This document shows positions 10,497 to 24,160 of a DNA stretch of 64,000 nt, in pieces. A program made the translations under genes and the position numbers. Source of the stretch: Bigelowiella natans CCMP2755 (Eukaryota; Protista; Cercozoa); NCBI GenBank assembly GCA_000320545.1, contig ADNK01002607.1, forward strand, positions 176,149 to 240,148, given 5' to 3'. The stretch's first letter is position 1. Every line of letters starts with the position of its first letter. The notes under the pieces were generated by a model, which made no database searches, was not told the DNA's origin, and was given only the letters and a program-made list of their open reading frames with translations.

Positions 10497-12365
10497 ATGG
10501 GTTTGTCGCAGTACCAAAGTAGTAGAGCACAGCAGGGAAAAAGGCTCCCCACAGCCTTTCCCGCCAACAATGGTGCCGAACATTGTGACGACTTTCTTAG
10601 TAGGCACTTGAATAGAATGTCCCAGGTCAAAGGTGATGAAGGAGGTGGAGGGAAGGACCATCGACAAAATAGGCAAGCTATCGACGAAAATATGAATGCC
10701 TCGAAGATACATAGAGAGCCCAACCAAGCGCTGAGCGCAAGGTATATCGCTACCCATGAGGTCATACATTCTTGCTGAATGTCTTCATTATTGCATATAG
10801 TACTCAGAGAGCTTTGCAAGATATTGATAAAAAAGTTGCAATGGAGGTTGAGCAACTCCTGGAGCGTCCTGCCGTTGCGCCCGTCGTTGATAATCAGATG
10901 CAACTGCATCGCCAAGAAACTACGAGGAAAACAGGAAGGCCACTATCTCCAGCAGTGGGCAGTACGGTCGAAGGTATATATTCTCAAAATGTGTTCGAAC
11001 TACTACGGTTGCAAATACTTACATTACATCCAGAATTTGAGGAGCTTATTCGTCGGAGACCCTTAATAAAAGCTTTAAGATGGTGGAACATAGTGATTAA
11101 AGGTAGATATGTAAGTATTATATGAACCTTAAGAAAAGGTGTTGCATATGCTGCATCATTTTCATTGCTTCCACAATTTTACATAACAGAGAAGCGAGAA
11201 ACGTGGAGACAGATTATTCGTGCAAAAGCAAATATTCAACTGATGAAAATAAACCGAGCATGGGAGACATGGCAACAGGTATTGAACAAGGGTGGTCAAC
11301 CTAATGATTTCATCAGATTTCTAGCTGAAAGAATTTTAAAATATCAATGACGATAATAAATATCTTCAGTGGAGTAAACAGAATAAAGACGAGCGAAAGA
11401 AATTGAAGTCAGCTACTAATTTCTGGCAAATAAAGATGTCTTCGAGGGTATTCCCTAAATTCCTTATCTGAAAATTTTATAGACAGCTGCTACCTGCTAA
11501 ACATTTATGAACCGCCACCACCATCCAAGTTGCTACATCAACTAAAACCCAACCACAACTACTACTCTCCATCCTGAACAGACACTACACCGCTGGGCAC
11601 TGTCACTTGCCATCAAAAGCGCACAAGAGAAAGCATTCGGTATTTCTATAACCTCCATAATAATATCACGACTACAACTGCAGCTTGTAGAGAGCTTCGA
11701 TCTCCCATGCCAAAGTCCCACTTGTTCCCCCCTTTTCACCCAATATGAAATTGGGCAATTTATTGCATTACTGTGCTGAAATTGCAGAAGAAGCTGTTGC
11801 GTTCCATAATCACGGTGCATTGCGAATCTATTGGCAGCTTTGGCAATGCGCCAAAATACAAAGAATTAGGTATATGGTATGCACATATCTTGTGATCCAC
11901 AACCACCACCACCACCACCACCATTTAGATTAAGAAAGATCGTTTCTCCTGGGTGAAACGCTAAGGTGCATTGAGAAGTCTATGGTGTTTCAGAACGACA
12001 AGAATAACGCAAACGCATCGCAGTTCTCGATTGAGAAGGTTGTTGAAAGCTTGGAAAGATCTCCTTCCCCAGACTGCACAGCAAAGGTGGTATCAACAAT
12101 CAGTAGCAGCAGGACCAATGTCATATTGTTGTTCATATGAAATGCTGATATTGTCTACTATTCAAAAGTGCGTACGTGCGTGTGTGTTAGAGGGGGGGGG
12201 GGGGGGGAGGGGAGAGAGGAAGGATGCTGGAGGGGGGAGAAGAACAGTATGAAGTCATCGTATGTTGGTTGCGAAATAGGAGAGCGATCCGAGAATCAAA
12301 AACGAGGAGACATCAACGCCATTCACGACGTGTTATCTCGCAGTGGAACATTCTTGCACAACGGC

Positions 12366-12412
<47 letters not shown>

Positions 12413-13518
12413 CATGTGTGTGTGTGTGTGTGTGTGTGTAATATGCATGCATTAATTAGCACGTCGTATGTGAGGTTGTAGTTATGTGCAAGTTGGACCT
12501 GTAGCATATTCTCTGATCACCTCCCCTCCCCATCAGTGGCATTATCATCACCAACGTTATGACCGGCGTTACTGTTGTTACGTCGTCATTGTCGTCGTTT
12601 GCAGGTGACTCTCCGTCACATCCTAAGAAAGTGGATTTTGAGGACTTCGCTTGCATCGCTTAAAGTTGAGAACTAACCTTTCCTTAGCTACAATATTAAG
12701 TAAAATAAATATATGTCAGTGGGTTTTTATGGTGGTTGGTGTGATGGTGTGATCATTAATATCAAGGTTGCCGTTATGGAAAGCAAAAATCAGGACAAAA
12801 TCCAAGAAAATATACGTTCCAAATACAATCAACGAATGATGAGAACATCGTACTTTTGTTGGAAGGACAAAGCAAATAGGCATATCCTCCTTCGGAAGTA
12901 TCTGCAGAGAAGGTAGTGAGAAGAATCAAGTAGGAGAATTACCAGTCCGCAGCACTTACTTATTTGGATGATGATCACACAGCTCTACATCCCATTTGCT
13001 GCTATGGGATTCAGATTTGTTTGTGAATAGTTCGGACTCTTCTTTCTTTCTCAAAAGTTTGTTTTTGCCCCTCTTTATTCAAAATCTTGATCGCAAAAAT
13101 AATCTTATCAGGGACAAGGAGTATTATCTGGGTCGTGTTTTCAATTGTATATACACAGCATATAAAGAGAATTCAATCAAAAGGTGCCATTACTACATTT
13201 TCTGTCATCGTCATCGTCATCGTAATCGTCATCATTATCATCATTGTCATTATATTCTTCTTACCATTAAATCCACCTGAAACATGCTCAAATTATCATC
13301 GTCAATATTTAACGCGCGATGTATCAGATTGTTGAACTCGAAGGTGAAAAGCGTTAAGGAGCGTTTGAGAAAGAAAGCAGGGCTGCGAAGGTTGAGGATG
13401 CATTTGAATCATGCAAGAGAATGTGGAAGGTACCTCTCTCCTCCTGTGTGTGTGTGTGTGGTTGCCACTGGATGTTCATTGCTATCAAGAACTAATCAGT
13501 TGTATATTTGCACTACTA

Positions 13519-13555
<37 letters not shown>

Positions 13556-16431
13556 AACTACAATGAGCTGATGTCGGTGCTATGTGCGTTTGAATCTTTT
13601 GTTTCTTTTAAAGGCGGGTCAGCTCGATTCAGTCGATGACGGCAAAGTACTGTGCAAACCGAGCTTTCGAGAAATGGATACATCACACACGTTTAACTCT
13701 GAAAGCTAAGCACGCACAGTTGGTAATAGTGAAAAATCGAGATTTCAGACTGACTGGGAACGTATTCCGTCTTTGGAAACGTAAAGGATATCTTCAGAGA
13801 GCATTGAATCAATTCTGCCGTTATAGAGCTTCTGAGTACATATGCAGGGATTACTGGCAGAGGTGGAGGCAATCGTTAAGAGAAGGCATGCACCATACAA
13901 CCCAGAGCCAAAAAGCTGATCTTCACTACAACGGTCGTGTGAAGAAAATAGTGTTTCAGCGAATGACCCAAATACACTCCGAGTGGCAATGCAAGAACCA
14001 CGTTCTCCTGTAAGTTGTCATTGTCCCTCTCTCAGCTACATAGTAGCAATTTATGCGTGTCGGGGGATGGAAAAATCTACGAGGGGGTGGGGGGGGGTTC
14101 ATGTTCCTGTAAATTTGATAAATGAAAGAGAAAGGGGTTTTAGTTTGTTCTCCATTTGTGTTTGCTGTTGATTCTGTTGTTTGACGTTGTGACCACACAC
14201 AGAGAAAAGGGCAGGGACTTCAGAATCTTTTGGAAACTTAGACATTCATTTCCCAAGTGGAAGGCACATTTCAATGCACGGCGTTACCAGAAAAAATGCA
14301 CACAAAAAGCAGTAGAACTGTGGCGATTGTTGGCAAAAGCTCGATACGTAAGGGAATGGAAAAGCTTCACAGTAAGAAGAGCCTTCCTCTCAAACAAATT
14401 AGACGAGGTCAAGGAGAGACAACGTGCTCGAGTTCTTAAGGTAGTAGTCAAGTATTAGGTAACAGGAGGAGAGGGAGGGGAGGGAAGAGGCCTAGTATGT
14501 GGTACCCATATCATCATCATTATCATAGAGTCTTCTACTGACAAGATGCCAATCTATGCAAACCCATGCTACTAGACTTTATTGTTGTTGTTGTTGTTGC
14601 TGTTTACATATTTGTTTGCTCTTTTGAGATCTTCTTCCCCTTCTATCATTCTTGAGTTTGTCCGTTTTATCGTCACTTGCTTCACATTTCCCTCCATGTT
14701 CAACACAACAGCAGCAACAACAACAACGATGTATTCGCCGCTCATCATTGTGTGTGTTGTGTTGTGTTGTGTTGTGTTGTGTTGGCTGCAGCGACATTTT
14801 GTGGTGTGGGATGCACGATTATTTCGGCGAAAGAAAGAAATGCATGATAAGATGGAAGCTTGTAAGCAAATACAGCATCAGCAATACATCAAGACTGGGT
14901 AATATTACTAGGAGTATTATGAGCAGTAGTAGAAACTATTACCCCTTGATAATGATGATGATGATGATGATGATGATGATGGTATTGTTATCTGATGGCA
15001 AACACGATATATTTGCCTCAAGGGATTTAAAGATAATCATCATGATAGTAGTGCGAGTATGGACTAGGTGGGTAGTAGTGGTGGTGATTGTAAATGAAAA
15101 ATAATACCCTGTTTGTGATTATATCGTACTCCTCCTCCTCTCCCCTCTCTAATGTGCCGCAAGCCGACTTAAACGAGCACTGCAATCGTGGAATTCAGCC
15201 TACAAAAAGAGGATACGGTTGTTAAAGCACCCTTCGTATTTACAACAACAACTATTACAACCACTACAACAACTACTACTACTACTACTGCTACTACGTG
15301 TCTCCTGCAATAGCTCACGGCATAGTTGCTCATCATAAATTGGACGCGGTTTTCGTTTGTTTTATCTGGGCTTTGAGAAATCTACTTATACCTATTGATT
15401 GTTTGTTGGTTGGTGTAGAGAACACTGTCTGGATAAAAGGGCCAGGAACCATTTTGCTCATAATTCAAATAAGAATGTCTTCTCTAGGTGATGATTGATG
15501 ATGATGATGATGATGATGACTGCACCTAGACTCTTCCTTCCCCATCTGACATCTTTTTCTCGTCGCATCATATTTTATATCATCAATTTACAATCAGATG
15601 GATACATCTAGCACGGCAGCGGAAAGAGAGCAAGGTAGCAACAGTAGTAGTGCCAGAATACAAAAATCCAACTTTGCCTATCACACACATTCACACACTT
15701 ATACCCATACACGCAGTGTGGTGCTCAGAAAGGAGAGTATTTATATTGCTTACTATCAAAAAAGATCTCCAGTATAACATTCATACCCATTAGTCACCAC
15801 CACCATCATCATCGTCATCATCATCATTATCATCATCATCATCTGTGTTAATTATGACAGAGACTGGATGAACAAGCTCAGGAGTTCTCTCGAGTATGGG
15901 TACTGCGAATGAGTGTCGGCCAATGGCAAGCATCCTTGGACAAAAGCAGAATACGCTTGCACCAGCTCGTAGCAGCTCTGAGCAAATGGAAGGTACACTA
16001 CTTCTTTTCTCTTTCTTCGACTGCTGACAAAGAACAATGTAATTGATGGCAGAAGAAACACCAGACGGATGATGATGATGATGATGATCATGATGATGAT
16101 GATCGCAGTTGTATGCATGTATGATGTGGAACAAAATGGTAGGATTCCATCCAAAAGCTGGCTTGGGGAAGATGGGTATGTTCTTCAAAGATGAAGAGGC
16201 GCTTCCAAGACAAAGTAGAAGCACACACTCACTCGCGCATATTATAAATATTTTTAATCCACTCACTGATACCATGGTATCGCTCGTTGCTCTTCACTTG
16301 AAAGCATCATATCACCGTTCATATTTAAACAAGTGCAATGAAGATGACACGTAATCAAAACGCATCCGTTGAAGCACAAGATCTTGATGATGATCATGAT
16401 AACGACAATGATTATGATGATGATGATGATG

Positions 16432-16470
<39 letters not shown>

Positions 16471-17149
16471 AATCCACCCATTGCAGTTGGACCAGGCAGA
16501 AGCATTCCGTTGTCAGGAAATAGGAACAAAAATGCTGAGAAATTGGGTGATGAATTCCTCAACGGTATTATCACAACGCACTCGAATGGCAAAGGATTAC
16601 CAACGAAGAGCTGTGGGGGGTATGAACAACGCTACTTTTGATTTTACGTTGAAGCTGGCCACAAGGTGGAGACGGCGTGCAATAGAGAGAGGAATCAGAC
16701 GGCGACAAGTTAGATTCGATATAGGCAGCAGGAACGATGACGACGACGAGCACGAAGATGAACAAGATATGATGAGGGATAATGTGTTTTCTCCATACAC
16801 TTATCATCACCCACACCTTTTCTCACATCCTCCCCCAGGTGATTGTACTTATTGTAGTAAATGATGGTTTCAAAACGCACAGATTTGAATGTCTGTTTTT
16901 CATATCTCCCAGCTATATTGCACCGCAATGGCCAATGAGCTGTGCATTGAAGTGTATTTGTGTGTGTGTACATATGCAGAAATTGAGTCGTCCGTGAACT
17001 CGAAGAGAAATAGATTAGGATCATTAAGCACTGCAAAAGATTTAGAAGCACTAGAAATTCGTTTGAAAAGAACTGGCCAAAGAAGTAGAGTATCGCCGCG
17101 CCCCCTTCCTTCCTTCATTTCTTCTAGGACAAGCACACATGCTTCATAG
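10497..17149 (+). CDS. Large Sfi1-repeat-like (centrin-binding) protein, many exons
   Basis: Successive exons encode helical basic repeats with regularly spaced Trp: KALRWW, RAWETWQQW, RAFEKWIHH, NVFRLWKRK, HSFPKWKAH, RYVREWKSF, MSVGQWQAS, KMLRNWVMN. This fits the Sfi1 A-x7-LL-x3-F/L-x2-W pattern. Stop TAG at 17147-17149. Family call is by motif pattern only. Confidence 0.68.
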
Positions 17150-17984
17150 TATAATTTTGAAATAACAAATGTATGACCGAAGTTTTTCAATCATGCTCTG
17201 CAATGCCAATTTACTATGAAAAAGATTTGTCGCATGAATGAAAAAATCCAGTGTCTAATATAAATATCTGCAGCTGCTACGATTTATTTGCAAGTAAGGA
17301 ATGGGGAGTTGCTGTAATAATTTGCCTTTTACCTAAAGCTTACACGTGTACGCACAGCAACGTATCAATCGGCTTATCTGGGCAGTCTAGCTGTGCTACT
17401 TTGGCTATGGTAGCCACATCGCACTTTCTAGCTTTGTCTAGCTAGCTAGCACTAGATTGAAGGAACAGTGCAACAAAATTGGCAATTCTGCGCGTGCGGA
17501 GCCATTCACTACACGTGCTGGCCGTGAGAATCTCATTCGCATCGATAAAGTTGCCTGCTTTGATGTTTAACTCACGCCACTCTAGCTAGCTAGCACTGTG
17601 TGCGCACAGTCCATTACATCAGCCCTTGCATTGCGCGCATCACATGCTTGTGTGTACACGTGACACGTGGCAATCTAGCTCCGACGACACATGTTCACGA
17701 CACAAGTGCACGTCTACATGCTAGCATGTTGGGCGCAAACATGATGCGTACATATGCACATAGTCGTAGAAACTAACAGACCCAACTGTCAACATTATTG
17801 CATATTTACATAAGAATGACTAATGAAAAAATGTAATAATAATTTCATTACATCCGTCTCACATGTTGTGCGCAGTTATTCTGGTTTATTACTTTGTGAC
17901 CTACGCGCTCTATCTCGCCGTGATATAAATTTGTGAATCATCAGCAGATCGAAGCATGAACCAAGATTCCTACTAGTGTCATCG

Positions 17985-18813
17985 CTACTTTTTGTCACCT
18001 CCAAACATTGCTTCCATGAAGGCAGATCGTACTTGCTGCACACAAAAAATTAAGTAGAACTTTTTTAGTGCGACAATAGGAGAACTCAACATGGATATTA
18101 CCCATTTGGATTGATCGATGACGTCATTATGATCAGCACCTTGAATTTCCTAATGTTTCAGCCGGAAATCGCATAAATTAAAATTGGAAATAGAAGGAAA
18201 TCTATGACAGTTGATATTCATTCTGGATCTTTAAAGCTGAATTGCGTACCACGATCTTAACACGATATCCATTCTGGCCTTCGTTGGCCTGAGCAGCCAA
18301 CTTACGTCCCATATCCACTGTAGGAATCAAGAGACCAGGAGACGAGGAGATGACATCAAATAATTCATAATTACGATCATAATTATGAGTATTGTGTTCT
18401 TCGGTCTCATTTACAATAACAACAGTTGCTCTCAACCTGGAACTATAATATATTACAAACCACCCACCTCCGCTCTTTCATTCTAACATCAATGCAAGCA
18501 GGCGGAGCATCAGCATTATTAACTTGCAGTCATTAGTACCAGGAACCAAAGCATCTTTGACTCCATGAATGATGGTCAGAATCAAGGAAGGTGGCAACGA
18601 CGACGACGATATTGATGATGATGGAGATGAAGAAGCGACCTCCTCATCTGCATGTTGGACCAACGTGTGAGTATCTATCTGCTGTGAACGCTAAAATGGA
18701 GTTATCACCAATATCATCGAGTGGTATTGAGTATTGTGGCGGTGCTATCAGTCGAACGTGTATCGTAGTAGTGGTAGTGGTAGTAGTAGTATTAGTAGTA
18801 GCACCTTGCGACA

Positions 18814-18845
<32 letters not shown>

Positions 18846-20262
18846 ATTAAGTTTGCATGCTTGACCAGTCGGCTCATCTGATGCTGTTGTCAGTGTAAGA
18901 TTATGTGTTACTACTACTGAGCAATTTTCAAAATGATGATGAGTGCCATCATCTTCATCACCATCGTCATACTCATCACCACTAAATATACCAAAAATCG
19001 ATTGCAGGAAGGATCACAAGCTATACAACACTCTCCTGATAAGAGTACCTCATTATCCCACAAATGGGGCAGAAGTCCTTTGGCGACATTTCTTGGAACA
19101 CCAAAGATTCTACAATGATGATGTTGATTATCTGACAATTATGGCTGACGCAACAATTGATGTGTACTACACACACACACACACACACACACACATTTGT
19201 ATATCTGATATTTCACATAATATTACTCGTTTGCTATATCTGGGATGGATGTAAAAGGTGCCGACAAAACCTGATTTAGATGGGTATCATCCGCATTAAA
19301 GCAACGATAGATAATTAATACACAGAAATAACAAACAATTGTATCTGCGAAGATGGAGGCGAGAAATAGAAGAGAGGGATATTGATCCTTAGACAGTGAA
19401 TATATAGCATAGAGAGTGACTCCTATTTTCTCTATTCATTACCAGTCTGGTCACGTTTATGATGGCTCTTTCCTGTATATTATTATATAGATATCATGGT
19501 ACCGATTCGTTGAAAACCATCGATGCTAAAATATATACGATGGGTACAGCAATAATACACTGATCATCACACCACATCATCATCATCATCATCATCATCT
19601 GTTGGACAATAACGACGAGTCTTCTCAATCGTATCGTCGCAATCTTACGTGCAAGGCCACTGCAAGTTGGAGAGCTGCTGCAGATCTGATGTTTATGGTA
19701 GTACGACAAAGAGATGATGATGACGATGAGATCTATGGGTACTTTCGTAGTTTCGAATGATAAAAATCAGCAGCAGCAGCCAGCAGGTATTGGCAACTAC
19801 AATACAACCATCCCATTGACAACTCAAGGACACCTATAACCACTTCTACTACTACTACTACTACTACTACTACAACTGCTTGAATTAGTATACTGTTATT
19901 ACCCTAGAGAATGGCCAAGGAGGTTAATCTCAATCTGTTATCATTTAATTGAATCAACAACAAACACCTTCAATCAAAAAGCGCGAGCAGAGCACTCTAT
20001 CAACTCTATCATTCAATGTATGAAAACAAAGAATCAAAACAGGAAGAAAGAAGAGGAGGGGGAGGAGGAAAAAAAATCAGCATGGATAACCATGACTACA
20101 ACTTACTAATACCTTTGTTCCATTTTCTGTTGTCTTCATCAATTCCTGGACCTGTACACGAAGAAAAGTGCATAATCTATTATCAATGATGTTCATGAAT
20201 AATGATGGGGAGGACTATAATCAAAGGTATCGATTGGAGGTGGACCATGCAATGACGACTAC

Positions 20263-20295
<33 letters not shown>

Positions 20296-20475
20296 AATGA
20301 TAATAATAGTAATATTGATGATGATGACGAAATACTAGTAAATTACCGCCGACACAGAAGATTCCAAGACAGATCTGGGAGATATTTTCCCAGGAGAACC
20401 TCCATATCCTGTAAAAAGTAGTAAAAAGTAGTAAAAAGTAGTAGTGAATGGTGTGTTATCGTTCGGGTATTACAT

Positions 20476-20509
<34 letters not shown>

Positions 20510-21005
20510 CGTGTTCTTTCTGTTGACTCTGATGCTTTATCTATTGTGTGGAAATGCGTTGTTTGGGCCTGCTCACTCTTTGAAATGCATGATAATTGCC
20601 ATACTGCATCGCCACCACCACCACCACCATCAGCCTCATCATCATCATCATCATCATCATCATCAATATTCTCTCATCAGTGTTACTACTACCAGGATAA
20701 TCCAGAAGTAGATATCCAGTAGTATCTAATCGGCCTCTTTGTTTCCCATACTGAAAAGCACCACCAAATGCGTCATCACCGTCATCATCATGACAGCATA
20801 TACTATATGTATATGTACGAGGAGGAGTACAACGGTGATGATGATGATGATGATGATGATGAGGAGGAGGAGGAGGAGGAGGAGTCATGTAGCTGCTCTC
20901 CTCCATAGTCATGATCTTTTCGTGCTTGTTATCGGTGGTAGTATTTGTGAGAGTGGATGATTGAAGAGAACCTTGTTAAGGTTGCTTGCAAACGTCACCT
21001 AAGAG

Positions 21006-21039
<34 letters not shown>

Positions 21040-21099
21040 CAAGGTTCAACTAGTAATTAATCGTAATCTATCACAAAAAACAGTAGTAGCGAAGGATCA

Positions 21100-21140
<41 letters not shown>

Positions 21141-21281
21141 ACCACTGCCTCTTCTTCAGATCTTTCATTATTAATAGTTATTAAATTGATCGCTTTTCGT
21201 TGTTGATGATCATGATGATAACCATCATACCCAGTCCAATGCTAACATCCCATTTCCTCCAAAAAATATCCACCTGTAATA

Positions 21282-21333
<52 letters not shown>

Positions 21334-21386
21334 TATAAGAATCATGACAAGGAAATGATCAACAATCCAATCCCCACCCCCCTTTA

Positions 21387-21424
<38 letters not shown>

Positions 21425-22222
21425 ACACTGCGGCTACCATTTGGAGACTTTTCTTTCTGGTCTAGGGACTAGCATAAACCTTGTGATTGATATTAGCGAT
21501 TACAATGGTGATAATATAACAACATCTCCTCTTTGTTCTCATTTAGAAAAACATGCACACTTCTAGGAGTAGAGGAAGCCATAATACTACTACTACGATG
21601 AAGAAAAATGTACGGCGAAAAGGCAAAAGCCGATGATGATGACGATGATGATGATGATGATGATGATGATGATAGCAAATGTTCAAACTGAGTCGTTATC
21701 ATTGAATAATTGATTGATACGCTACTGTTTTCGATGATGATGACTGACCCTGTTCTCTGTCTCTTAGCTCTAGATTCTAATGACGAATCATAATAATAAT
21801 AATAATTTATTAATAATTAATAATAATAAAACCAGATCATGTCATGATGAAGAAGAAGGACAACGAAAATAGAGATAAACGCCTTACGTATTATTCAAGT
21901 AGTTGTTTGCAGCTTACTATCATCACCATGCTACTACCACTACTACTATCAACCTACCGACAGATGTATAGTTGAATGTCTGGATGGACATAAGAAACCT
22001 GATAATGAATAGTCACAAGTAGTATGCAATCATCATGGAAAATAATAACAGCAATAATAACAATAGGAAGAATAAGCGGCCGTCCAATGGTAAAACAACA
22101 ATCAATCGGTTTCTTCTTCTTCTTCTTCTTCATCTTCTTCTTCTTGCTATTTTGTTGTGCTGCTCTCTAGTGCTGCTGCCTCAATTATTATTATTGCCAG
22201 TTGCAGCATTTGCTGCTTTACT

Positions 22223-22255
<33 letters not shown>

Positions 22256-23630
22256 ACACGATGCCCATACCCTGCTAAGAGTTGGTCCAACTCTGCTACG
22301 GATGGATATCCTCTATACCTGTGATCATAATAATGATGATGATGTTATTATCAGTATCATGGTATAAGAGGAAAGCGAAAAAACAATGGGGGATACATTG
22401 AAGAAATGAAGCCAAAAATAGCAAGATGTGGTGGTGGTGGTGGTGGCATATAGCTCTTTCCATCGCCTTCTTCTTCTTCTTCTCCTTCTTCTTCTTACGT
22501 TCTAGGGTGGTAGAGCATCATGGCCTCTATTGGTTGGAATATGACTCTCTTTGGCAGCCAACCGAGTGTATTTCCTAACACCATTCATTGCCGTGGCGTC
22601 GTAAAATAACAGGTTTTGTGAGCATTAGGGTTATCACCACTATCGTCTACAAACCATCATCTAAATACATCATCATTATCATCTAAATACATCGTCATCA
22701 TCATCATCATCATCATCATCAACAACAACAACAACAATGACGCTCATACTACCCAATGTGCCCAGAAGTGGGCCCAGCTTGAAGCTTCGGTACACCCCCC
22801 TAGCATGCTCTTCGCTGTATGTTACAAACAGTAAACAGTATCATCATGATCATCATCATGATCATCATCATCATCATAAAAACAACGACAAACAACATAC
22901 AAACAAAATATCAGCAGCAACCACATTTGTATTCATTGCTGACAGCCACCCTTCAAATATACATATCGTCGTTTCCATATCAAAGCAAATGTCAACATAA
23001 CCACTTGATGATACTATTATTCCAGGTAGTTAAAAACCTCTTTTTTCTCTGCTGCAACAACAACTGCTCACTCTTTGTCTTGGTGTTGTTCTTTTCTGGG
23101 AGAGGTGAGAAGAAGAAGAAGAAGAAGAAGAAGAAGAAGAAGAAGAAGAGCCAACAATTAGGTATGTGTCAGACAAATTTCGAGTTAAAACAATTGATAA
23201 CAATAATCAATTGTTATAAATATAATAATAAAAAGAATTGTAATGAGGAGAAAGAGGAGAAAAGAGACGGAGGAGCAGGGGATTGAGACGTTTTTTATGA
23301 CAACCATGATCAAAAGCATCTTCCTCTTGACCAGCAGTCTTTCCTTCTCTCTGTTCCTTATCTCCTACTGCGTGGGAGGAAAGTGCATAATCTCTTGTGA
23401 TTCAACCGCACATACTCTTCCCTTTATATACACATTAAAACGTGCCCCCCCCCCCCTCCTTCTCCTCATATCACTTCTTTTACTACCTCCATCTCCGTTT
23501 TCAGCAGCAGCAGTAGCAGCATCTTTCTTTTCATTTTCTAGTTGTTCATTTTTTGTATTCCTCCTATCGGCACTACCTTGCCTAATGATACCTTTGAGCA
23601 GCAGCAGCAGCAGTGATTTAATTCGATGAC
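17985..23630 (-). CDS. Alpha/beta-hydrolase fold protein (ABHD-like serine hydrolase); 5' boundary uncertain
   Basis: Exons give WIFFGGNGMLALDW (about 21230-21275), LLDYP/GYGGSPG, the nucleophile elbow INLLGHSLG/CQYLLAA (about 19902-19930), LTIIHGVKDALVP/VDMGRKLA (Asp), EIQGADHND (His), and the end QVRSAFMEAMFGGDKK-stop. Confidence 0.85.
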
Positions 23631-23693
23631 ATGCCGTGTTTCACAATTTGTGCTGCCATTTGGTGATGACGATGATGGCGACGATAACGATGG

Positions 23694-23727
<34 letters not shown>

Positions 23728-24129
23728 AGTGTTCGAATGGTTATTATAGCTTTTAAACTTTCTCCTCTTACTTCTAAGCTATAATAGCAATATTAGTATT
23801 TTTAAAGCAGTAGAGAGTCACAGGAGCGCCCTTCCTCTCGCCTTAGCCCAATTTCTTCCTCTGTATCTTCTTCGTATTACCTCCATTCTCTGCATCACTA
23901 ACAGCTCCTAATATCATTATTATTATTGTTATTGTTGTTGTTACTACTACAACTATCAATGTTGTTTTCAAATAATAACTCTTCTAAACGACCACCACTA
24001 CTCCCCCCCCCCCCCCGATATTCATCATCGTCGGTAATAAGAGTTACCTATTAAAGAATCTGGTAAGGGGCCAACAAGTCCTTCCACGCCTCTGACCTAT
24101 TGATTTGATTGATCCATCGGTGGTTAGAA

Positions 24130-24160
<31 letters not shown>

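Noticed and set aside
17315-17345. GCCTTTTAC, identical to U5 snRNA loop 1
   Set aside because: Flanks do not form the U5 stem and no Sm site follows.
18735-18765. VRLIAPPQY resembling eIF2-alpha (IKLIAPPLY)
   Set aside because: Lies among exons of the alpha/beta hydrolase, and no other eIF2-alpha motifs are present.
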